Shown here: piece by piece, positions 39,515 to 51,500 of the stretch | How the letters are laid out: the number at the start of each line of letters is the position of its first letter | How positions within the stretch are numbered: position 1 is the first letter of the stretch | From: Hemiscyllium ocellatum | Lineage: Eukaryota | DNA length: 64,000 bases | Assembly: GCF_020745735.1 (NCBI RefSeq) | Contig: NC_083411.1 | Span: 98,442,328 to 98,506,327 of the forward strand | Direction: 5' to 3' | Notes under the pieces: generated by a model | Told to the model about the DNA's origin: nothing | The model's input: only the letters and a program-made list of their open reading frames with translations | Databases searched by the model: none | Program-made: the position numbers and the translations under genes

Positions 39515-42500
39515 ATATAATACATACAACTCAAGGATAGAATCATAGAAATGTACAGCACTGAAACAGATCCTTCAGTCCAACTCGTCCATGCCCAACT
39601 CTTCGATCCCCTTTAAAGTTTACCCCTCTCACCAGAAACCTATGCCCTCTAGTTCTGGACTCCCCCACCCCAGAGAAAAGACGTTGTCGATTTTCCCTAT
39701 CCATGTCCCTCACAATTTTAGAAGTTTTTGGTGCTTTTTCATTCCAAACAGAATGACATTACATTTGGAGTTAGAAAAGCTGAAGTTTCTTTGACTGTAT
39801 TTGTTGGTGGAATGCCAATATTACTTTAATGTTTCCAATTTTGAAACAAAGTATACTTGTCTCATCCTCCAAACATGAAATTCACCATAGTTACCATTTT
39901 GACTGTGATTAAAAATGTCACTAAGATCCATTAGCTTCAACAATTTTCATTTTAGTTTGTTTGTGGGACGTGGGTGTTGCTGGCGAGATGTTAGGTCTAT
40001 TGCCCATCACAATTGGCTGGGAGGGGGGACACTCAGATGAGCTGAAATGACTCTTATTTTTTCAGTTCAGTGTTCCTGATCTAAGATCAATATTTTACAA
40101 ATATTTCAACGCACTGAAAATTTTATCACTATTTAACCATATATATTTTAATTTTTAGGAAGAAATGGATGTTAGTTTGATCTTCACAGAGATAAAAGGT
40201 ACATGATTTATTGTGTCTAAAGATATTCTGAAAATGTATTTTCATCTGTTTGACTATTGCCTGAATGGCAACCAAGTGCATTATTATTTTCTTTTTAGAA
40301 AGGCAGTCCAATGGGAAAACATTTTATCTGTGCTAAATTTAATCTTGTGAATTTTACAAATGGATAGGTCTTTTTCTGTAATTATTGAATTTTAATTTGG
40401 TGTTTACGCAAGTATGAAGAATGATCATAGATGAATCAAATGATCTAAAGTCAAGGTGTGTAGAGTGGGGGATGTTTATATCTTCACATATATATCAGTG
40501 GAAGGAAATAGGGCCCCTCAAAGATCAGCAAAACAGCCTGTGTGTGGAACTGCAGGAGATACTAAATGAGTATTTTGCATCAGTGTTAAATGTGGAGAGG
40601 AACATAGACAATATAGAATGTGGGGAAATGATGACATCTTGAAAAATCTCCATATTACAGAGGAGGAGGTGCTGTATGTCTTATAACACATAAAAGTGGA
40701 TAAATCCCAATGATCAGGTGTACCCTAGAACTCCATGGGAAGCTAGGGAAGTGATTGCTGGGCCCCTTGCTGAGATATTTATATCATCGATAGTTAAAGA
40801 TGAGGTGCTGGAAGACTTGACGATGGCTAACATGGTGCCACGATTTAAGAAAGGTGGGAAGGAAAAGCCAGCAAACTCTGGACTAGTGAGTCTGACATTG
40901 GTGGTGGGCAAATGTGGAGGCAGTCTGAGGGACAGGATTTGCATATATTTGGAAAGGCAAGGACTGATTAGAGATAGTCAGCATGGCTTTGTGCATGGCG
41001 AATCATGTCTCATGAGCTTGATTGAGTTTTTTTAAAATGAAGTAACAAACAAGATTGATGAGGGCAAAGCGATGGATGTGATCTATATGGACCAGAAAGG
41101 CATTTTGACAACTTTCCACGTGGTAGACTGGTCAGCAAGCCTTTTGTTCTGGACCCCTCCAGTCCAGGGAAAAACCCTAGTCTATTTACCCTCTCCATGA
41201 CCCTCATGATTTTATAATTTTCCTCGCTCTGCCTGCCTTGCTCCCTTTCTCTCTCTCAGGATTTGTTTCTTAGCAGACACACATTTAAGCATTGCTGAGT
41301 CTCCCTGCTGCTGCTTCACTTCTGTGGGATTGACAAAGTGAACAATTGCTATGTCTACTCTTGTTCAGGAGACCAGACTGCAGTGCAGCGCCTCCCCACC
41401 CTATGCCCGTGCCCCTGCAATGGAGATGGCAGCTGGACTGCACACCGACAGCAAGACTCTGCTGCCTTTTGGGGGTGTGGGGCGAGGGGCTCAAAATAGC
41501 ACGCATGTGTACGCACACGCAGTCCCACACACACACATACAGCCCCACACATACATACACACACATACAGCCATACACACGCGGGCGTTCACACAGCCAC
41601 ACGCACACTTTTTTGGCAAGTTCCCACTCTGCCTTATACAGAGCAATGTTGGAGAGATTATCTATGGAAGGGAGATTTAGAGTAAACACCAGGGAGAGTG
41701 TGGGGAGAGACAGAGGGAGGGCGGAAGGTCAGTCATTTGGAGACAGTTTCCTGGGCTCCCATCGATGTTTCGGCAGCATTTCAGTAAGCCAAATTCGCTT
41801 CTAATCATTGTAAACAAAATATGCAATCAATGTTGGTGACACCTCTTTGATGTAATGTTTCTATCGGGACCTTGAGATCATCTTCGGATAATCTGAAGTT
41901 CAGATAATTGATATTTGGATAATCGAGGCTCCTCTATAGTTGGTATTGCTGTGAAAAATAGATCTCAATATCACATTGTAAAACTGAAATGCATATTTGT
42001 ACACTTGCAGAATTCCTGACATTTTATTCCTTTGAGATATAATAATATTTTACGATTCTTGGCAACAGTAAAATAATGTGTTTCTTTGGTAGGATTGGCT
42101 GAAGAATTGTTGGGAAAACAGTCAACTAGAAATGTAGAAGAAATCATTGACAAATTGTTTGTTAAAGTCACAACTTTGGATGAAATAGCGAGTAACAAAA
42201 CCATGGATACTCAGGTTTGGCTAAATATTTAATTCTTTTTTTTTCTGGTGATAAACCTCTGTGGCTGTTTCTGGCGGCTTTGGTCAGGCACTTAGCTTTT
42301 GCAAAGTCAGACACAAGACACGGTTTCACAGTGGTTAGCATTGCTGCCTCACAGCGCCAGAGACCCGGGTTCAATTCCCACCTCAGGCGACTGACTGTGT
42401 GGGGTTTGCACGTTCTCCCCGTGTCTGCGTGGGTTTCCTCCGGGTGCTCCGGTTTCCTCCCACAGTCCAAGGATGTGCGGGTCAGTTGAATTGGCCATGC

Positions 42501-45500
42501 TAAATTGCCCGTAGTGTTAGGTAAGGGGCAAATGTAGGGGTATGGGTGGGTTGCGGGTCGGTGTGGACTTGTTGGGCCGAAGGGCCTGTTTCCACACTTA
42601 TTCTTAAATATTTTAGTTTCCTGTGGCCATAAAACTATTTGCACCTTTTATTGTAGCTATAATCTTGTTCAGTGTCATTGATTACTCATGTAAGTGAGAG
42701 GTCTGGGGCCTAAGGTCAGCTGTTGCACATTCTAGGGAGTGAGCTTTGTGGTCATGTGCTTTGGGGAGACTGGACTGAGATGCTGTTGCATTCTGTGGAG
42801 TGGTTTGCACGGTTGTTGTCAATTTTTCATGGGGTGAATGGCCCTGGCTGGTGTTGCATTCTAGTCTGTGGTCCATTGATTATGTTATATTCTTGGCAAA
42901 TGTCCTGTGGTTGAGCAGTCTGCTGTGATTGGCCAGCATTTGAACAGTTTGGAGGAGTGGTCCGCGATGGAGCAGTCTGGATGTATGACCTCTGGCCACT
43001 CAGTTTTCGAAGAGTGGCCCACAGTTACTGTTGTAATTTTTTAAAGTGGTCGTCGTTCAAGCAATGCGTGACAAGTGGATTCCAGTTGAGTCATCTGGGA
43101 AGAAAAGCCTCCAATCAGTGTCACAGTCTGGGGTTTGGTCAGCTGTTGGCATCACGATTGAGTTATCTGCTCAGAATGGCTTGAAGTTGGAGTTGTAGGC
43201 GTGTCTTGGAGAGAATAACTTGTAGTTATCAGTCTGGGGCCGAGTGGCCCAAAGTTGGCGTTGCTTTTGTGCTCCTTGGGGAGAGAGTCCTGCGTTCAAG
43301 ATATCTACAATATGTGGTCTGCAGTTGAATTATCTGAAGCAGGCTTCTCTTAGTCATTCAGCATGGCCCTGCAGTCAAGTCATTTGGGATTGAGTAGTCT
43401 TGTGATAATCCGCGATTGGCCTTACATTTTATGGAGATGCGCCTGCAGTTATCGTTGCAGTCCAGCCAGAGCCGTCCGCATCGCATGCTTGTGCGAGGGA
43501 GCCTGGCTGTCGTCACAATATAATTGAGGGGTGGAGGGGCCAAACAGGTTTGAGTTTGAACAGCCTGAGACAAGTGGTCTGTAGTTGATAGTCTGTGGTT
43601 GGTGGCCAGATTTCCAGTTGTCTTAGCTGTTGAGCAGTCTGCTAAGAGGGTCTGCATTCTGTGTCATGTGTGAATTGAGGGGCTGAAGGACCACAGTTAG
43701 TGTTGCATGGTGGGACAGGTTGCCTGCAGTATGAGAATCAGTATCAGGATTTCATGTGTCCGCTGTCTCAGTAGTGTTTGGATTCAAATTTGAAGCGAGG
43801 GACCTGTGGTTGGCAATATGTTGTATGTGAGCCGCTACAATTAGAGTTGTTATCAGGTCTGATATGTCTGCAGATTCAGTTGCATTCTGGGATAAGGGCC
43901 GTGCTCACTGTGTTGCATTGTGGGATAAGGGCTCCATTTCATAGTCATGTTGTGGGGCAAAGGTTCTGCGTGGAGTAGCCGTCTGTTCTGACAGCAGTCT
44001 GTGGTGGTGTTGCATCCTGGGCTGAGAGCTCTGCAGTTTCATTTGCACCCTGAAGGGAGGGGACTGCAGTTGCCCCCTTGAATCAGGGGCCTCAGTGGGA
44101 TTTGCATCCTGGGATGGGGGGCCTGCCATCATGGCTGCTGTGGCATCCTGTGCCAAGTGACCTGCCATCCCATTGGCGTCCTGGGGTGAGCACCTCGCTG
44201 TTGTGGCCACAAGGGCGTCCTGGGGCAAGGTGTCCATGGTCCAATTGGCATCCTAGACCGAGGAGCCCGCTGCCCGACATGGGTCCTGGGAGGGGTGGGG
44301 GGAGGGGACCATGCCCTGATTCACGTCCTGGGAGGGATGGGGGTGAGGGGACCATGCCCTGATTCGCGTCCTGGGGGGTGCAAGGGGGACTGCAGCCCGA
44401 TCTGTGTTTAGGGTGGGAGAGGCGACCATGATCCAATTTGTCTCCACTGGGGGGGGGGGGGAGGAGAGATGGGGCCAAGCTCCGATCGCTTCCTGGGGGG
44501 GCGCAAGGGTACCAGTGTCCTCTGAGCCTGCGACACCATTTGCCTCCTGGCGCCAAGGGGCCCGCAGCCCAATTCGCGTCCTGAGGCGCGAGCAGACTGC
44601 TGTCATGGCCCAATTCACATCCTGTGGGAGGATGTGGGGACTGCGGCCCGTTTCGCATCCTGGGGCGAGTGATGTGCCATCGCTGCTGCAGTGGTATCCT
44701 TGGGTGAAGGGGTCGCGGTCCGATTGGCGTCCTGTGTCAAGGAGACAGCTGTCCAATTTGCGTCCTGGGGGTGAGGAAATTGCTGTCATGGCCACAGGGG
44801 TGCTCTGCAGGCGAGAGGCCCATGATCCCATTTGACTCCTTAGCATGTGGGGCCTGTGGTCCGATTTGCCACCTAGGGCGAGGGGCACACCATTGTAGCC
44901 GCAGTCGTATCCGGGAGCTAGGCATCCGGGTTGGAGTTGCGTTGGGGGAGCAAGTGTCCTGAGGTTAGAGTTGTCGTCTGGGGCGAGTGGGCTACTATTG
45001 CAGCGATGATGTCAGATGAGGTGACCATTGTTAGATTCTCGTGCGGCAAATTGGCCACGTTCGAAGTCACATTTTGGGGAGAGGTGGATTCCAATTCGAG
45101 TCACTTCTTGGGTCAAAGGCCTGCTGTGCACTTCACACTGTGAGGCGTGTGGTTGATGTTGAAATTTGGGGTGAGTAGACTGCAGTCTGAGTCACATTAT
45201 GGGGTGAGGGGACCAAGGTCTGACCTGCATTTTGGTGCGAGCAAACAGCTTTCGCGGTCGCCTTGTGGAGAAAGGGTAACACTGCCTGATTCGCTAAGGG
45301 CCTGTGGTTGGAGTCGCATTCCGGGGCGCATGCGCCCCCTTCAGAGTTGCATTTTGAGGTGTGTGGCCCGTGGTCATTATCGAATTTTGGGATGAGAGGA
45401 CCGAAGTTGGAGGCACATTCAGGGGCAAGGGGTCCATAATCGCAATCGGAGCTCTATTTTGGGGTGAGACAACCATGGACGGAATTGCATTTTGGGATGA

Positions 45501-48500
45501 GTGACTGCCTGTCACAGTTGCATTATGGGGTGAGGAGACTGCAGTATGATTTGCATTCTGGGGCATGCAGCCCACAGTCGAAGTCACTATTTTGGTCGAG
45601 GGGACCGTAGTTGAATTAACATTTTGGGTCAAGGTGCCCACGGTCGAAATCGCGTTCTGGGGAGAGACGGTGGTCGGCATCGAAATGAGCTGCAGGATCC
45701 ACAGTCAGAGTTGCACTGTGGGACGAGGGGACAGTGGTCGCATTGTGGGTTGATGGGATGGTGTCGGAGTCGCGTTCTGGGGTGAGGGAACAGCTGGCGC
45801 AGTCGCTTTCTGGTTCTGGTTTTGGAGTCTAAAGATGGTATTGCTTTCTGAGGTAAGGACACTGAAGTGCAAGGGGACAGTGGTCGCATTGTGGGGTGAG
45901 AGGATGCTAGTCAGAGTCGCAGTCTGGAGCGAGGGACCTGCTGTCGCAGTAGCATTGCGGGTCGAAGGCACAGCAGTCTCATCGTGGGGTGAGGGGATGG
46001 TGGTTGGAGTCACATTCTGGGGTGAGGGAGCAGCTGTCCCAGTTGCATTGTGAGGTGAGGGATTGTGGTTGAAATCTCAATCTGAGGTGAGGGAACGGTC
46101 CAAAAACTGCTTTTTATACCCAAAATCAAAAGATCGTCATATTGGTTTGATGTTGTCAATACAGTAAAATTCAAATTTGATTATGCCCCAAGATATTAAA
46201 GCTCAATTTAAACTGGTTAAATTCGAGCTGCTGTGAAAACAATGAAGTATCTAGTTACAACTAAAATGTTACATCTTTCAATTGTCCTGTACGTTTTGTG
46301 CTTTCCAGCTTTTACTCTTAAAGTACAATACATGCCTTCAAATTCATAACAGGGGTGAGGGGGGCTGCTGCCTGATTCTCATTCTGCGGCATGGAGCTCA
46401 CAGTTGGAGTTGCATTCTGGGGCGAGAGTGTGGCTGTTTGCTGTGGAATGTGGGATGAGGGCCCCTCTCTTGCAGTTGTGTTGTGGGGTGGGGGGCCAAC
46501 GGTCAGACTTGTTTTCTGGGCAAGGGGCGCGTTGTGGAGTGAGGGATTGGCTGTCGCTGTAGCATTGGAGAGCGAAGGGACCACGGTCGGAGTTGCATGT
46601 GGGATGAGGGACTGGCTGTTGCAGTCAGATTTTCGGGCAAGGCGACCTTGGTCAGAGTTACTTTCTGGGGTGGGGGAACAGCTGTTGCAGTCACATTGTG
46701 GAACGAGGTCGCTTTCTGTAGCGAAGGGTGTGCTGTCAGAGTTGCTGTCCGGGCCGAGTTGACTGTGGTCAGAGTTGCCATCTGCAGTGAGGGGGCTGTG
46801 GCTAGAGTTGCATTCTGGTACAAGGGAACCGTTGTTTGCTGTGGCATCTGGTCCATGGGGCATGAGGTTGGAGTCTCATTCTGGGGAGAGCTGACTGCTG
46901 ATGGAGTTGCATTTTGGAGTAATGGAATGGTTGTCGCTGTGGCATTGAGGACCATGGTCGGAGTCGCATTCTGAGCAATAAGACCGTGGTCAGAGTTGCT
47001 TTCTGGAGTGAGGGAACGGTTGTCCCTGTGGCAATGTTGACTATGGGGACCCTGGTCAGAATTGCTTTCAGTGGCGAAGGAACGGATGTCACTAGCATTA
47101 TGGGGCGAGTGACCGGCTGTCGCAGTCATATAAAGAAGTAGAATCCCTATGGTGTGGAAACAGGGCCTTCGGCCCAACAAGTCTGACTAATACACTAACC
47201 TATACATTCCTGAATGCTATGGGACAATTTTAGAATGGCCAGTTCACCTAATCTGCATACCTTTGGATTGTGGCAGGAAATTGGAGCACCTGAAGGAAAC
47301 CCACACAGACACAGGGAGAATGTGCAAACTCCATACAGTTGCCCGAGGCTGGAATTGAACCCGGGTCCCTGTAGCTGTGAGGCAGCAGTGTTAACCACTG
47401 AGCCACTGTGCCGCCCTGTGTGAAAAGGGGGCCGAGGTCAGGGTTGCTTTGTGGGGATAGCGGCTTGCAGATGGTAACCCTTTCTGGATGAGGACACTGA
47501 GTTTGGAGTCACTTTCTAGGGTGTGGGTACCGCAATGGCATTGCAGTCAGACAGGTTGTGGGATGAGGGGACCGCGGTTGCAGCCGCTTTCTTGGGCAAA
47601 GGAACAATTGTCTCTGTGGTAGTGTGGGCCAAGGGACCGGCTGTCACAGTTGCATTTTCAGGCAAGAGGACTACAGTCAGAGTCACTATCTGGGTCGGGG
47701 GTCTGCCTTTTGAGTCACATAATGGGGTGAGTGGCCTGCAGTCGGAGTCCGTTTGGGAGGGCGAGAGATCTGTGGTTGTAATCACATTGTGGTGCGGGGA
47801 GAAAACTGTCTAATTTGCATTTTGGGGCTAGGGGCCCATGGTTAGAATCATTTTGTGGGGCGAGGGGTGCTGTCGGACTTGCATTTGGGGGTGAGCGAAC
47901 AGCTGTCGCTGTGGCGTTGTGGAGTGAGGCACTAGTTGTCACAGTCGCATTTTTGGGAGAGAGCATCACAATCTGATTTGTGTTCTAGGGTGAGGGGCCC
48001 GCAATCAGAGTTTCATTCTGCGGTGAGAAATGGCTGTTGCGAAGGCATTCTGGGGCGAGGGAGCGACTGTCGCTGTGGCTTTGTGAGCGAGGGGACCGCT
48101 GTTTGATTCGCACACTGAGTCTTGAGACCAATGGGTGGATCCCATTCTGCGATGAAGGAAAGACTGTCGCTGTGGCGTTTTGAGTGAGGGAACCATGGTT
48201 GGCGTCATTTTCTGGAAGAGTGGACTGTGTTCACGTAGTTTTCTGGGGCGAGGGGTCCACAGTCCGATTTGCTTTCTGCGGGGCTGGACTGATGTTGCTA
48301 TGGCAGTGTGGGGCGAGGGACCAGCTGTTGCAGTCACATTGTGAGGTGAAGGAAATGCAGTCCGATTCACATTCTGGGTGAAGGCTGTTGCAGTTGCATT
48401 GCGGGACAATGGGACCGTGGTAAGAATTGCATTCTGAGGTGAGGGAACAGCTGTCGCTGTCGCACTGTGGGCTTGAGATCAGCGGTTGGAGTCACATTCT

Positions 48501-51500
48501 GGAACTAAGGAATGGTTGTCACTGTGGGAATTTGGGCCAGGGCACTGCAGCCGTTGTTGCTTTCTGGGGAGATTCACTTTGTGGCGGGGAACGACTTGCT
48601 GTGGCAATGTGTGGCACAGTCACATCGGAGGCAAGGGGACTGCGGGCGGCATTGCTTTCTCTGGCGAAGGGTCCGAGGTCGCATTCGCTTTCTGGGGCAG
48701 GGGACCGGCTGATGCTGAGGCGGGGTGGGGCGAGGGAATGGCTGTTGCAGTCCCATTGTGTGGGAAGAGGGGACTACATTGTGTCATTTTTTTGTGGCGA
48801 GGGATCCACAGTCAGGTTCCCTTTCTGGGGTGAGGGAACAGCAGTCTCTGTGGTATCTGGTGCAAGAGTGCCTTTGTAGCATTCTGGGCTGTGGGAATTG
48901 TGCGGCAAGGGGATCGCGGTGTATTTTGTGTTCTGGGGCTTGTGGCCTGTGGTCTGGGTTGTTTTCTTTGGCAAAGGGCGCATGGTTGGATGATGGGAAT
49001 GCGGTCTGAATTGCATTGTTCGGTGAGGGGACCACTGTCTAGTTGGCAGTCTGTGGCTAAGGGCCTGCACTTGGGGTCTCATTGTGGGCTGAGGTAATGG
49101 CTGTCACTGTGGCATTATGGGGCTAGGGGACCATGGTCTGAATCATTTTCTAAGGCAAGCGAGTGGTTTTTTTTGTTGTATTGTGCAGCGAGAGGGATTG
49201 CTGACTGATTTGCATTCTGGGGCAAGGGTACCGCTGTTGGAGTCACATTCTGGGGTGAGGTCTGTGATCGGTGTCGTATGTTGGGTGTGGGGTTGATGTC
49301 GAATTTGAGAGTGGATGGATCGCAGTCAGAGTGACATTGCGCGGTCGGCATTGCAATCTGGGGTACGGGATGCGCACTTAGCTTTCGAGAAGTGTGATGC
49401 CATTAGCCAGCAGTAGAGTAATCTGGTGAGTGGCCCTTAGTTGAGCAGTATGGTACAAAGAGTCCAAGGTGGAGTGATCTGGGACGAATGACCTGTGATG
49501 GTGCAGTCTTGGAAGAGTTGTTCATGGACACTGTTGCCATTTGAAAGTTGCCAGCATGGAATGATTGTGGGACATGTGGCCTGCGGGGATGATCTGGGAA
49601 GAATGATTTGCAGTCCGCTTCACAGTCTGGCAGTTTAGCCCTCTGGTGTTACTGCCCATGAATCTGAGACAAGTGGCCTGAAGTCCGCTTTGCAGGCGTA
49701 TCCATTAGAGAGAAAAGGCTGTATTTGAATCATGTTGAAACAATGGACTCCAGTCAGCATTGGCTGTGAGGCATTGGGACTACTGGTCCATGGTTGATCA
49801 GTTTGGAATGAAGGGGCTATCCAACTGTCTGGGAAAAGTGGCCCAGATTTGGTGTTGCAGTCATGAATTTTGGGAAGAGAGGTGAACGGTCAAGCACCTT
49901 TTGGCGAGTGAAGTGAGGCAGTGTTGTATTTTATGAAATGGTTCCCGCGGTAAGCATCACTGTGGTGAAGGGCCCTTGTCGCATTCCATTATGCTCTACG
50001 TGGCCCATTGTTAGCTTTACATTTTTGATGAAGTTCCCCTGATTGGCTATTAAGTGGCCTGGCAGAGTGGCGGAGTGGTCTGGGATGAATAGTCTGTGGT
50101 CAAACAGTTTTCCAAAAGTGGCCCAGTGTTGCAGTCTTTGAAAGTGGCCGATGGGCAAATATTCCAGGAAGAGTGGAGCACAGTCCGCATTGCAGTGATA
50201 GTCGACTTCGATGTTGGCTTTGCGGTTGAGAAATCTGCTTAGAGTGGCTTGAAGTTGGAGTTGTTGTCTTGTCTTTTGGAGACGATGGCTCGCTATTGAG
50301 CAGCCTGGGAGGAGTGGTCTGATGGTGGTGGTGTTTTGTGGCTTCTGAGAAGAGAGTCCAGCGGTTGAGCTATCTGCAAGGTGTGGGGTGTAGTTGAGCC
50401 ATGAGAAGTGGTGGCACTCAGTCGGTCTGCATGTAAACAATGGCCTGCAATCAATTTGTGTCGAGATAGTGGCCTGTGGTTGAGCAGCCTTGGTAAAGTA
50501 GTGTATGACTGCCTTTTCACTTTGTGGAGCCATGCCTTTGGTTGGCGATGGTTTGGCCAGAGCAGCCTGCATCGCCTTCTGGGGTGAGGGGTCTATGGAG
50601 GATGTTGAATTCTATTTACTGCTAGAGCGTTGCAATTGTAGTTGCATTGTTGGAATAGCGTAGTCAGTTATGTTTCCATCAGTCTTCGTTAAGGTTCTGT
50701 CGAGCACTGTAAGAGTGGCCAAAGTTGGCAACGCAGCCTTGACTCCTGGACAGACTTTGTGCTGTGAAGGTGTGTCCTGTTCCTTTGAGAGAGTGAATGC
50801 TGTTTTGGTCAGAGCTTACAAACACCTGTAATATGACTAGCGAGCAGTCTCCGAGCATACTGGAAAATTGAAAATGTGTAACATTTGACTGTGAAACAGG
50901 TTGCTGAGTTGGTTGCTCTGTTGATATCAATTTAATTTTAACCAGTCAGTTTAAATTATACCCCTGGATACTGAAACACAATCTATTTTGGATTTACTGT
51001 TTTGTTAACATTGAGATGTTAACAATGAGATGATCTGGTGTTTAGAGTATAAGGAAGCACACATTTTGGAAGTTAGACTGAGAGTAACTGCTATGTAGAG
51101 GGAGACTGCCACTCAAAGCGCAGTCTATTGAAGGTTTCTTTGTCATATGAAGCATTTCTCCAGCAAAAGACGGAAGATGACTTGGAAATCTTCAGCCAGA
51201 GGAAGACAGCCACCAACGATAACTGCTGCTGTGTGCTTTTGAAATTAAGTTGATGTAATTTTAATACAGGTTTTTATGGGAACAGTATATTGTTAGAGAG
51301 GTTGGAGACAGATAACATGCATTTTTGGTAAAGGAGGCATAGAGTTATAAATAGTTGTTGTTTAAGGTGCACTTTTTTGAGTTAAAGAATAACTTGATAT
51401 TATTTAAAGAGTGGATTTTGGGGTTCTCTGTTATTCATACTTAACAGATTATGAAGAGAGATGAGCTTTTCTGGGTGTTTGGTTTAATTAACAGAAGGGT

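Larger units (their letters stand above)
42690..50745. repeat. Composite G/T-rich tandem repeat: 33-bp minisatellite core (~43700-49400) flanked by ~28-29-bp-unit blocks
   Basis: Units start at 45985, 46018 and 46051 (TGGGGTGAGGG...GCATTC/G); flank units GAGCAGTC at 42913, 42942, 42970 and 42998. Confidence 0.88.

Noticed and set aside
40421-40454. Alternative TEX11 first coding exon (MIIDESNDLKS, donor gtgtgt)
   Set aside because: Ends in phase 2, incompatible with the phase-1 start of exon 42093; 40159-40198 fits instead.
41285-41804. Overlapping His/Thr- or Val/Cys-rich ORFs
   Set aside because: Translations of a CA-rich microsatellite.
43700-49400. CRISPR-like regular spacing of a conserved motif
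   Set aside because: Vertebrate context, the variable parts are homologous to each other rather than unique spacers, and there are no cas genes.
43905-50572. Many 60-225 aa ORFs on both strands
   Set aside because: Products of the GC-rich tandem repeat; no splice structure or domain, and frames break repeatedly. Not called as genes.
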